A stretch of DNA of 64,000 nucleotides from Candidatus Aminicenantes bacterium (GTDB lineage Bacteria; Acidobacteriota; Aminicenantia; UBA2199): positions 1,011,080 through 1,075,079 of the forward strand of contig CAVXAL010000003.1 of the NCBI GenBank assembly GCA_963759765.1, read 5' to 3'. Shown here in pieces: positions 37,811 through 46,908 of the stretch (its first letter is position 1; the number at the start of each line of letters is the position of its first letter). A program made the translations under genes and the position numbers. The notes beneath the pieces are model-generated. The model was not told the DNA's origin. It ran no database searches and saw only the letters and a program-made list of their open reading frames with translations.

Positions 37811-39387
37811 TTAGAACTTCCCGGTCCACTTGCTCCACAGGTCGTCGCCGAGTTGCCAGTAGGCTTTGACCAGCTTCTCCATCCATTCGTTGCTGTATTT
37901 GGTGAGGAATTCGCGCGCCTTCTTGGGATTCTCTTTGTACAGGGAGATGGCGAGATACTCGATGCCTTTCTGCTTGGCGAAGGCCTCGTTCTCGAATCCC
38001 CTGGCCACCTTTTCCACGTCCACGCGCATGTCCCCCCAGCGCTGGGCTGCCAGGTCCGACAGCCGGTTAAAGGCCCACCAGGCGCAGGCCATGTTGTAGT
38101 GGGGCCGGCCGTCGATCTTGTATGACTCGGGCACCCTGTCGTTGCCCACGTAGATGGGTGAGTAGGAGGTCATGGCCGGGTTGTCGTACCCGAACCAGAC
38201 CAGGCCGCCGATGTCGTTGGGCAGCCAGCCGCGCAGCTGCACCACGGAGGCGTAGGTGCAGTAGTAGCGGGCGATGCAGCGCTCGCCCAACTCGTTCCAG
38301 CCGCCGTTGATGTGGAAGAGCGGCATCTCGTCGTAGTCCATGAAGGGGTTGGCAAACGGGCTCTTGACGAGCTTGCCGGTGCGCTTGCCGTCCTTGACTT
38401 CGGGCACCAGCAGGTACTTGGTCATGTCGAAAGGCGTATCTTCATAGGTGTCGCGGAAAATGGCCATGATGTCGCGGGGCGAAACCTTCTTTTCCGGCTT
38501 GACCGAGAAGGGGTAGTCCTGGTCGTTGGCATCGAGCTTGAGTGACGGCGCCATCAGGTCCAGGACCCGCCACTCGCGGCGGCGCGAGGCCATGCTGCTG
38601 CGCTCACCGTAGACGTAGCAAAACTCGAAGGGCTTCCCCGACTTGGGATCCCAGAGTCCCAGCTCCTGGGCACGGGTGAGCACGTTTTCCGAAGCCATGA
38701 AATAGTCGGGTTTGGTGAGGTCGATCTGGCGGATGCGCGAGGCGTTGGCATTGACCGAGATCTGGTCGTCGGGCACGCGCTCGGCTGCCCAGACCGAGCC
38801 TTTCTTGCCTTTTCCCGGCCCGAGGATTTCCAGATGCCACACTTCGTTGGCGTCGGCAATGGTGAAACACTCGCCGCCGTCGATGTAGCCGAACTCCTTG
38901 GTCAGGGCGTCGGCGATGCGGATGGCGTCGCGGGCGCTGGTGGCCCGCTCGGCCATCAGCCGGTTCAGCTCGTAATAGTCAATGAGGCCGACGTCGGTGC
39001 GCATCAGACCCTTGCCGCCGAAGGTGGACTCGCCGAAACCGACCTGCTTCTCGTTGATCGGGGGCAGCATGGAGTTCAGGTATTTGAAGGTGTAGGCCAG
39101 CTGGGGATCTGGCCGAGCAGTTTCTGCTTGGAGAGGTCGTGGGCCGAGACGGTGTAGCTGGTGTTCAGCCACATCTGGCGCAGGGCCCCGGGCTTGTAGT
39201 TTTTGCCGGGCACCATGTCGATCCAGGTGCGGTCCTCGCGCGAGTCGGCCGTATGCGAGGTCATGACCGAACCGTCCACCGAGGCCAGCTTGCCCACGGT
39301 GACAGTGGTGCAACCGTCCTTCTCCTTGGCCGAGAGGAAAAAGACGAAAAGGATAACAAGGAAAACAAAGGCTAACGTTTTTTTCAT
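37811..39387 (-). CDS. C69 family dipeptidase (Ntn hydrolase), secreted; apparent -1 indel in the run at 39103-39106
   Basis: Signal peptide then GCTTVTVGK (N-terminal Cys nucleophile), SVMTSHTADS, INEKQVGFGEST, ECFTIADANEVWHLE, SVNANASRI. Confidence 0.88.
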
Positions 39388-39397
39388 GGTCACTCCT

Positions 39398-41713
39398 TTA
39401 TTTTTCGCTGATGATGAACAGTTTGCCGGACAGGAAATCGCTCAGCCAGATGCGGCCCTGGCCGTCCGTCTTCATCCGGGTGATCTCGAAAAGGGCGTCC
39501 CCGAACTGGCCGCGCTGGTAGAAAGCGGAGTTGGCCGTGTCGAATCGGGTCTCGCCAAAGGGGTAGGATTCCCGGTGCAGCGTCTGGAACTTCTTGGTGG
39601 CCGGGTCGAAAACCAGGACGGCGAGTTCCGTCGCGCTGTGCGAGGTGAGCAGCAGCCGGTTGCCGTAAACGAACAGGTTGTCGGGAAGACCGGGGAAGGG
39701 GATGCGGTAAACGTTTTTTGCTGTACCGACTTCCTGAAGCGTGTTGTCCAGATGGTTGATCACAAAGGGCGTACGGTTGAGCACCACGATCTTGAGGGGC
39801 TCCTTGCCAGTGGGCAAATCGAGCCGTTTGAAATCGGCCTTGCTCACGCGGCTGACGCTGTGGGAATCGAAATTGGTCACGTATATGTATTGCTCGTCAA
39901 AAGCCAAGTCGGTGGGGGTGAGCCCGGTTTCGATGCGCGCCAGCACCTTGCGGGCGGAAATATCAAAAATCTGCAGCACGCCCGGATCTTCGTCCTTTTC
40001 GCCGATGCGGCCGATATAGAGAACGTTTCTGGCCGGGTCGTACTTGAGGATGCGCTGGGTGGTTTCGCGCAGCACCGTATCCTCCAGCTCGATGCGCATA
40101 TCGCCCAGATTGGGCGCACGCTGCTCGTCAGGCAGGGAAATCAGGTACTGCTTCTGGCCGCCCCAGTTGTTTTGCAGCGAATAAAGGACACCGTGCATGT
40201 CCACGATCATGCCCTGAGAGAGCTCCGGAGTGCGGCGGTCGTTATATTGGAAGTTCTGGGCGTTGATGGTGAGAATGCCGTTCTTGGCTCCCCAGATGTA
40301 GACCACCGGCCAGTAGGACTGGTGGGGGCCGTAGGAGAGGTAAATGTTGCCTTCCGGCGAGTAGGCCGCCTGATGGGGATAGGGGAAAGGCAGCCGCTGC
40401 AGGGTGAAGCTGCCGTCGGGCTGAACCTCGGCGAACTCGTCCTCGGAATTGAAGACCAGGAAGCTGTCGTGTTGCGGCCGCTGGATCAGATCCACCGGCG
40501 CCCAGCCGGCGCGGATCTTGGTGCGCGTGTCGCTGGCCGGGTCCAAAACGGTCACGGCCGAGCCGAACGAACCGTTGACCGCGTCCGCGCCCAGAGGGAT
40601 ATACAATTTTTTCTCGGCCGGGTTGAAGGCCATGGAGAACATGTGCGGCACGATGCCGACGTTGAGGAAACGACGGAGCAGGTGGCGCGTTTTCAGGTCG
40701 ATCTGCTCCACCTCGCTCCAGGCCCAGCTCGACACGTAGAGCAGGTCGTTCTCCTCGTCGATGACCGAGCTGTCGTTGCCGTAGGAGGGCACGCGCACCT
40801 CGCTCAGAGAATTGTCCTTGAAATCGACCACGTGCACGCTGGGATGGTTGTCGTAGGGGATGTACAGCTCTTCCCGCTTGGCGCTGTACAGGATGCCCAC
40901 GCCTTCGGTGAGCTCGGGCAGGGCGACAATCTGATCGCGGCCGTTGACCACGTCGATTTTGGCTGCCTGCACCACCTTGCGCTCCGCGGTTTCCACCGCC
41001 ACGTAGAGGTGATGGGTTTTCTCGTTGTAGCCGCCGTAGTGCCAGCGGGCGCCGCTGACCAGCTTGAGCGGCCGCCGAGCCAGCAGCCTGCCGCTGGTTG
41101 CGTCGAAGGCGGCCAGGGTGGAGGTGAAGCCGTCCAGGGCATACACCCGCTGCAGGCCGCTGTCGCAGACCACTTTGCGAATCGGCGGCGGCGGGGTGGC
41201 GTTAAGGTTGATCAGCTTTTCCTCCTTGTCCGTCCAGGGGATGTAGCTGATTTTGTTCTTTTTTAGTTGCACGAAGGCCAAGGCCTTGTTTTCGCGGCCG
41301 ACCAGGAAGGCGTTGCCGCTGGCCTCGTCCACGGCCACCATCTCGAACTGCCGCTCGGTGTCGAAGGTGCGGGAAGTGCGGCTCTCAGGAAAGACAACGT
41401 GCAGGCTGTGGTAGCCGATGAGGTAAATGTTGCCGCTGCGGTTGTCGATGGTCAGGATTTCTCCCTTGAGGAACTGGGGGATGCGGGTGCGGATAGGGAT
41501 ATTAGTCAGGGAATGATCGGCGCCGCTGATCAAGGTCAGCGACGAGGTATAGGTGTTGACCAGCACGATGCGGTTGCGGGCCGGGTCGGCCTTGACCAGC
41601 ATGGGGCCGGCCGCGTTGATGCCGGCCGTAAAATCAACTCTCTTGACTTGCAAAGAAAAAAGAAACGTCGGAATCAATGCCAGCAGAAAGATGGGGCGGG
41701 TAAAAAGACGCAT
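39398..41713 (-). CDS. Secreted YVTN/YncE-like multi-beta-propeller protein
   Basis: Signal peptide; repeated blades such as TGLTPTDLAFDEQYIYVTNFDSHSVSRV, AGWAPVDL and GKEPLKIVV. Confidence 0.7.
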   Translation of the reverse strand: MRLFTRPIFLLALIPTFLFSLQVKRVDFTAGINAAGPMLVKADPARNRIVLVNTYTSSLTLISGADHSLTNIPIRTRIPQFLKGEILTIDNRSGNIYLIGYHSLHVVFPESRTSRTFDTERQFEMVAVDEASGNAFLVGRENKALAFVQLKKNKISYIPWTDKEEKLINLNATPPPPIRKVVCDSGLQRVYALDGFTSTLAAFDATSGRLLARRPLKLVSGARWHYGGYNEKTHHLYVAVETAERKVVQAAKIDVVNGRDQIVALPELTEGVGILYSAKREELYIPYDNHPSVHVVDFKDNSLSEVRVPSYGNDSSVIDEENDLLYVSSWAWSEVEQIDLKTRHLLRRFLNVGIVPHMFSMAFNPAEKKLYIPLGADAVNGSFGSAVTVLDPASDTRTKIRAGWAPVDLIQRPQHDSFLVFNSEDEFAEVQPDGSFTLQRLPFPYPHQAAYSPEGNIYLSYGPHQSYWPVVYIWGAKNGILTINAQNFQYNDRRTPELSQGMIVDMHGVLYSLQNNWGGQKQYLISLPDEQRAPNLGDMRIELEDTVLRETTQRILKYDPARNVLYIGRIGEKDEDPGVLQIFDISARKVLARIETGLTPTDLAFDEQYIYVTNFDSHSVSRVSKADFKRLDLPTGKEPLKIVVLNRTPFVINHLDNTLQEVGTAKNVYRIPFPGLPDNLFVYGNRLLLTSHSATELAVLVFDPATKKFQTLHRESYPFGETRFDTANSAFYQRGQFGDALFEITRMKTDGQGRIWLSDFLSGKLFIISEK

Positions 41714-41802
41714 TGGACCTCCTGATTAAGAGAAACGTAATAGCACAAAACAGGGGATTATACAATCGCAGCGCGGGGTGTTACAATTTCTGGCGCACGC
41801 GC

Positions 41803-42594
41803 ATGGGCCAAAGAAAAGAGAAAAAAGCCAGGCTGGATGTGGAACTCGTTGCCCGCGGTCTTGCCCCCTTAAGGGAAAAGGGTGCGGCTCTGATCATGGC
41901 CGGCGAGGTCCTGGTGGATGGTCAGAGAGTACTCAAGCCGGCCCATCCGGTCCTGGCCTCGACCCGGATTGAGATCAGGGAGAAATACCCCTACGTGTCG
42001 CGCGCGGCCTTCAAGCTCGTCGGGGCGCTGGAGGCTTTCGCCATCGACCCCGGCGGCAAGCGCATCCTGGATATTGGCATCTCCAGCGGCGGTTTCAGCG
42101 ACCTGCTGCTGCAGCGGGGCGCCGCGGCCGCGGTCGGCGTGGATGTGACCGTCAGCCAGGTCAACCCCCGGCTGCGCCAGGACCCGCGCCTGATTCTGAT
42201 CGAGAAAAACGCCCGCTTTCTGCAACCTGAAGATATCCCGTTTTCTCCGGACCTGATCGTCATGGATCTTTCCTTTATTTCCATCCTGAAGGTTCTGCCG
42301 GCGCTGAAAGCGTTTGCCAAGGTCGACATCCTGGCTCTGGTCAAACCCCAGTTTGAAGCGGAAAAAGGGAGGGTGGGCAGGGGCGGGGTGATTCGCGACC
42401 CGCAGAGGCTGAAGGAGATCGTTTTGGGCCTGAAACGGAAGGTCGAAGATCTGGGCTTTGCTGTGCGCGGCTTCACCGCTGCCGGAGTCAAAGGCAGAAA
42501 GGGCAACCAGGAATTTTTTTTCTTTTTCAAACAGGGGAAGGGCGACTGCACCAGAGACGACGAGATCATCCGGATCATTACGGAGTCCCGGTGA
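41803..42594 (+). CDS. tlyA: TlyA family rRNA 2'-O-methyltransferase
   Basis: S4 domain RLDVELVARGL, YVSRAAFKL, LDIGISSGGFSD, DLSFISI, LVKPQFEA, GRKGNQE. Confidence 0.93.
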   Translation: MGQRKEKKARLDVELVARGLAPLREKGAALIMAGEVLVDGQRVLKPAHPVLASTRIEIREKYPYVSRAAFKLVGALEAFAIDPGGKRILDIGISSGGFSDLLLQRGAAAAVGVDVTVSQVNPRLRQDPRLILIEKNARFLQPEDIPFSPDLIVMDLSFISILKVLPALKAFAKVDILALVKPQFEAEKGRVGRGGVIRDPQRLKEIVLGLKRKVEDLGFAVRGFTAAGVKGRKGNQEFFFFFKQGKGDCTRDDEIIRIITESR

Positions 42595-42691
42595 AATTGG
42601 CTTACCGAAAACGGCGATTAAGAAAAAAGGGAATCCAATACCGGGAACTTTGCGGGTATGGTGTTCGAAAATAGTCGGCAGAAGTGCGGTC

Positions 42692-42754
42692 ATGATTAGC
42701 TGGCAGGATTTTGAAAAAGTGGAGATGCGTTTGGGCTTTGTTTGGAAGGTGTAA
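42692..42754 (+). pseudogene. csaA: 20-codon N-terminal relic of a CsaA/tRNA-binding (Trbp111-like) protein
   Basis: MISWQDFEKVEMRLG resembles the family N-terminus (..W.DFEKV.MRVG); it stops at TAA 42752-42754 and overlaps the dinB 3' tail on the opposite strand. Confidence 0.6.
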
Positions 42755-43790
42755 AATTGGACAGGGCGAGGCCAGCCAGGCGCACTTTTCGCAAACCGGC
42801 CTCGGTGCGGTCCAGAAGCTCCCGCGCAGCAGAATAGACCTCGTCGGCTGAAGCAAAAAATTTTTCAAACGTTTTTCTGCGGGTGATGATCTGGAAATTA
42901 TGATATTTGATTTTCAGGGTCAGCGTGCGCGCTCGCTTGTTTTCCTGGTTTAACTCAGAAAATACCCGCTGCGCGCACTCCTTTAAATACTCCAGCAGTT
43001 CGTCCCTTCCCAGGATATCTCTGGCAAACGTCTGTTCGGCTCCGTACGATTGCCGCTCCCAGTCGGGCGTGACCTGGCGCGGATCAATGCCTCGGGCAAT
43101 ATCGTGGAGATAGGCCCCGAATTTGCCGAATTCGGCTTCCAGGAAATCGCGGGATTTTTCTGCCAGGTCGGCGACGGTACGAATGCCCAGCCGGGCCATG
43201 ATCGCATCGGTCTTTTTGCCGATCCCCGGGATACGGAGCACAGGCAAGCAGCGGATGAAGGGCAAGACCTGGTCCGGGGGCACTACGCAGAGGCCATCCG
43301 GTTTGTGGATATCCGATGCGATCTTGGCCACAAAGAGATTCGGGGCCACGCCGGCCGACGCGGTCAGGCCCGTTTGCTGGAAAATCTCGTCCTTAATGGC
43401 ACGGGCGATTTTGGTAGCGCTGGGTTCGTTGAGCTTGTTTTCGGTCACATCCAGATAAGCCTCGTCCAGCGAGACCATCTCCACCAGGTTGGTGTACTTC
43501 AGGAAAACTGCGCGAATCTGCTCGGAGACGCGCCGGTATGTCGCGAAACGGGGCGGGATGAAAAGGCAGTGGGGACAGCGCCGCCTCGCCTCGGCGCAGG
43601 ACATGCCGGAGTGGATACCGTATTTTCTGGCTTCGTAACTTGCGGTGGTGACCACCGAGCGGCTCTCCGGACTGCCGCCAACCACCAGCGGCTTGCCTTT
43701 GAGTTCCGGATTTTCGCGGATTTCCACAGCGGCGTAGAACATGTCCATGTCCATGTGGATGATCTTGCGCACGCGGGGTGTGTCGCTCAT
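42696..43790 (-). CDS. dinB: DNA polymerase IV
   Basis: IIHMDMDMFYAAVE, TTASYEARKYG, SLDEAYLD, KIASDIHKPDG, IPGIGKKT, VRLAGL. Confidence 0.95.
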   Translation of the reverse strand: MSDTPRVRKIIHMDMDMFYAAVEIRENPELKGKPLVVGGSPESRSVVTTASYEARKYGIHSGMSCAEARRRCPHCLFIPPRFATYRRVSEQIRAVFLKYTNLVEMVSLDEAYLDVTENKLNEPSATKIARAIKDEIFQQTGLTASAGVAPNLFVAKIASDIHKPDGLCVVPPDQVLPFIRCLPVLRIPGIGKKTDAIMARLGIRTVADLAEKSRDFLEAEFGKFGAYLHDIARGIDPRQVTPDWERQSYGAEQTFARDILGRDELLEYLKECAQRVFSELNQENKRARTLTLKIKYHNFQIITRRKTFEKFFASADEVYSAARELLDRTEAGLRKVRLAGLALSNFTPSKQSPNASPLFQNPAS

Positions 43791-43921
43791 TCTGGATCCG
43801 TGGTTATTCTACCCAATCGCTTCATCGTATGGCAACTGGGCCGACTTGCACGTCTCATTCTTTTTGATTAAAATGGGAACCTCAATGGTTTTTTAAACGT
43901 TTTATGTATTAAAAAGGAGCC

Positions 43922-45013
43922 ATGATGGAAACGATGCGCAAAATTATCGGCTTGCTGATCATCATTTTATTGGCCCTGCCCGTCCTGTTCGCGATTATTT
44001 GGGCTGTGGGTGTTACCCGGGCGGCGGTTTCTCCGGAGATACTCTCCGAACTGCCCCAGGAAGCGATTGCCGAAGTGCCGCGCCTGGCCGATGAGATGCT
44101 GTCCGCTGCCAAGCTGGAAGACCGCGATCTGAGCGAGAACACCCGGGCCTGGCTGCAGGCCGCTGCCGGTGTCAGCATGACTCCCCGCCAGCTGCTGGAA
44201 AAAACCGGCCTCCTGCACTGGTTGAAAAACGAGCTCTCCAACACCCTGGCCCAAGTCGGGGATGTGCTGCGGGGAAACCGTGATGCGAGAAACGTGTATC
44301 TCGATTTACGGCCGCTGAAAGCGGCGATCAATCATGAGGCGTTCAGCCAGTATTTCGAAGAGCTTTTGCAGAGACTTCCCGCCTGCAGCGGTTCGCAACT
44401 GGCCGTCTGGCAGGATATCGCCGATGATCGCGGCTGGCACGAGGAACTGCCGGCCTGCCGGCCCGACCCGCAAGCGGCAAAGAAATTCATCGAGCTCAGC
44501 CGCTGGAAGCTGACGCGCGAGATGCCCGACGAGGTGCCTGTGATCGAAGGGGTCCGCCATTTCCCCCGGGGCATCAACGTGGCCCGGGCGACCGTATCGC
44601 TGACCTATCTGCTCTTTTTGATTCCCGCCCTTTTTATCGCCCTGGCAGCACTCGTGGCCTCTTCCAGCCGTAGCGGCTTCCTGCGCTGGAGCGGTGGTGC
44701 CACCGCCTGCGGCGGTCTACTCACCCTGGCCTCAGCCCTGCTGGTCAGCCGCATCATCCCCTGGGCCTTTGACATCGCCCCCTATGTCCACCGCGGCACC
44801 TTATCTCAACTCAAGACGCTGATTCTCGAAAGAGTGGGGGACACGGTCATCCTGATCTCCAACCGGCTGTTTGCCCCTGTTGTTCAGGTGGCGGAAGCGG
44901 TGACTGTGGTTGGTGTCATTCTCTTTGCTCTCTCGTTCCTATTTACCAGCACGCAGAGCAGCGTTGCAGCCCAGAAAAAGGAACCCCCGGCCCAGACCCC
45001 GGCAGCCACCTGA
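43922..45013 (+). CDS. Hypothetical membrane protein with a periplasmic helical domain
   Basis: N-terminal TM, soluble region with two LPAC motifs, three C-terminal TM segments; SD AAGGAG. Confidence 0.7.
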   Translation: MMETMRKIIGLLIIILLALPVLFAIIWAVGVTRAAVSPEILSELPQEAIAEVPRLADEMLSAAKLEDRDLSENTRAWLQAAAGVSMTPRQLLEKTGLLHWLKNELSNTLAQVGDVLRGNRDARNVYLDLRPLKAAINHEAFSQYFEELLQRLPACSGSQLAVWQDIADDRGWHEELPACRPDPQAAKKFIELSRWKLTREMPDEVPVIEGVRHFPRGINVARATVSLTYLLFLIPALFIALAALVASSSRSGFLRWSGGATACGGLLTLASALLVSRIIPWAFDIAPYVHRGTLSQLKTLILERVGDTVILISNRLFAPVVQVAEAVTVVGVILFALSFLFTSTQSSVAAQKKEPPAQTPAAT

Positions 45014-45201
45014 TTTCTTCCTGGAAGGGCATCAAGTTAACATTTTTTGTCAAACGCTCTTCCAAATTTTTGAAATTAGATTCAGCAGAATAAGCGAAAA
45101 ATGTCCATTTTAATAGTTTTCCAGTTTGGCATTTAATTTGCTTTCTATTTTATGCAGAAAAACTATATTTTAAATTTAAAAGTGGCGAAGGAGGAACTTA
45201 A

Positions 45202-45972
45202 ATGCGAAAACGAATTGTTATGGCAGTCGTGGTTCTAGCCACCTTGCCGCTGCTGGCGAAAATTTCACCGCAAGGAGGAGTCAATTTAGATTTCGGCTCC
45301 AACAGCCTGGCCGTATATCAGCCCTGGGCTGGCGTTAACTTTAGTCTGACGGATACGCTCTCTTTATCCTTTCAGTACACCTTCAAGAACTTCAATTTCC
45401 TGTATTTCACCGACAAACCGGTGAGTGTTCCCGGCCATGGAAGACACCCTTACCATGGCAATAAAACATCGCCCTTCCCAGGCGCGGTACCGGAAAGCGA
45501 GAAAGTCTCTTTCAACCAAATTTCTGCGGATGTAGGTCTGGATAACGATCGTCTGGCCTTCAATACTCAGTTCTCTCTCCTGTTTGGCAGCAATGGCTAC
45601 AAAGGATATGCGCTGGATGCGGAAGTGGATCCAAAACTCAATTCCTGGTTAAGCCTGCAGACAGGTGTTTACTATTTGCGAGAGGATTCCATTCTCTGGT
45701 TTCCAGATGAACCGAATGCCAAACTGTACAACTATACGCTGCGCGGTGGTTTCATCTTTCAATTGATTAAAGATAAATTCTATCTCAATCCGCTGGCCGG
45801 CTGGGGGAAACTTTCTGGAGACGTCAATCACTTTGATTATGGTGCCGAATTGACCCTGGTGCCCAAGGATCCTCTCTATCTTACCGTCCGTTACACTCAC
45901 TATCACGAATCGGGGACGAAATACACTTTCAGTGGTGATTATATATCTGGAGGGATCGCGGTCTACTTCTGA
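45202..45972 (+). CDS. Putative outer-membrane beta-barrel protein
   Basis: SD AAGGAGG, signal peptide, alternating aromatic strands, C-terminal GGIAVYF beta-signal. Confidence 0.7.
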   Translation: MRKRIVMAVVVLATLPLLAKISPQGGVNLDFGSNSLAVYQPWAGVNFSLTDTLSLSFQYTFKNFNFLYFTDKPVSVPGHGRHPYHGNKTSPFPGAVPESEKVSFNQISADVGLDNDRLAFNTQFSLLFGSNGYKGYALDAEVDPKLNSWLSLQTGVYYLREDSILWFPDEPNAKLYNYTLRGGFIFQLIKDKFYLNPLAGWGKLSGDVNHFDYGAELTLVPKDPLYLTVRYTHYHESGTKYTFSGDYISGGIAVYF

Positions 45973-46013
45973 ACAGAGTAATGGCCGCGAAATTCTTTAT
46001 TCACCGTCCGCAA

Positions 46014-46042
46014 TTGAAACCGACCGGGGCGGGTGGTATGAT
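46014..46042 (+). promoter_or_regulatory. Sigma70 promoter giving a probably leaderless nadK mRNA
   Basis: TTGAAA (46014-46019), 17 nt, TATGAT (46037-46042, preceded by TGG), 6 nt, ATG 46049. Confidence 0.7.
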
Positions 46043-46048
46043 GATTTC

Positions 46049-46895
46049 ATGAAACCCTTCCACACCGCCGGTATCGTGGTCAAACCCCAGCGTGACGTTC
46101 TGTTTTATTTGAAAAAAACCCTGTCCATCCTGGAAAAGCTGCGGGTCCGCTATGTCTTGGACCGCACGGCCGGCCAGCTTCTCGGGCGCCCGGTTTCCCT
46201 TGACCGTGACGCCATTGCCGCAGCGGTGGATGTGCTCATCGTGCTGGGCGGAGACGGCACCTTTCTTTCCATTGCCCGCCAGGCCGTGAAAGCCGGGGTG
46301 CCCGTAGCTGGTTTCAATCTGGGCACCCTGGGTTTTCTGACCGAGCTGAAAAAGGAGTACTTGGAAAAAAACCTCAGAGCCATCTTCAGCGGCCGGGCCA
46401 AGGTCAGCGAGCGCAAGTTGCTGCGCATCCGCCATCGGGAAGGGGAGGATGTCGCCCTCAACGATGCGGTGATCAACAAAGGCATGATCGCCCGCATCAT
46501 CACGCTGGCACTGCGCATCAACGGCGATCAGGTCGCCGAGATCAAGAGCGACGGGCTGATCATCTCCACGCCCACCGGTTCGACCGCTTATTCGCTGGCC
46601 GCCGGAGGACCCATTCGTTTCGCCGGAAGTCAACGGTATTGTCGTGACGCCCATCTGCCCGCATTCCCTGACGTTCCGGCCCTTGGTCGTGCCCGACAAT
46701 GCCCGACTGGCCATCCAGCTTCTGACCCCGCACATCGCCACCTTCCTGACCATCGATGGCCAGAAGGTGATTCCCTTGACCTTTCGCCAGAGTGCGGAAA
46801 TCCGCATCCACCGAAAAAAGTTGGCCATGTTGGTTTCTCAGGAAAACGATTATTTTCACTTGCTGTGCGAAAAGCTGAACTGGGGGCTGGGATAA
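46049..46895 (+). CDS. nadK: NAD kinase; apparent +1 indel near 46614
   Basis: VLGGDGTFL, FNLGTLGFL, ALNDAVI, DGLIISTPTGSTAYSLAAGGP, then TPICPHSLTFRPLVV in the shifted frame. Confidence 0.93.
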
Positions 46896-46908
46896 CCGAG
46901 GCAGGCGC

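Noticed and set aside
42755-42815. RKPA on plus as a continuation of the csaA relic
   Set aside because: It is the antisense of the conserved DinB segment EAGLRKVRL and is out of frame with the relic; coincidence.
43791-43921. LexA box upstream of dinB or uvrB
   Set aside because: I could not find a known LexA consensus or a palindrome shared by the two upstream regions.
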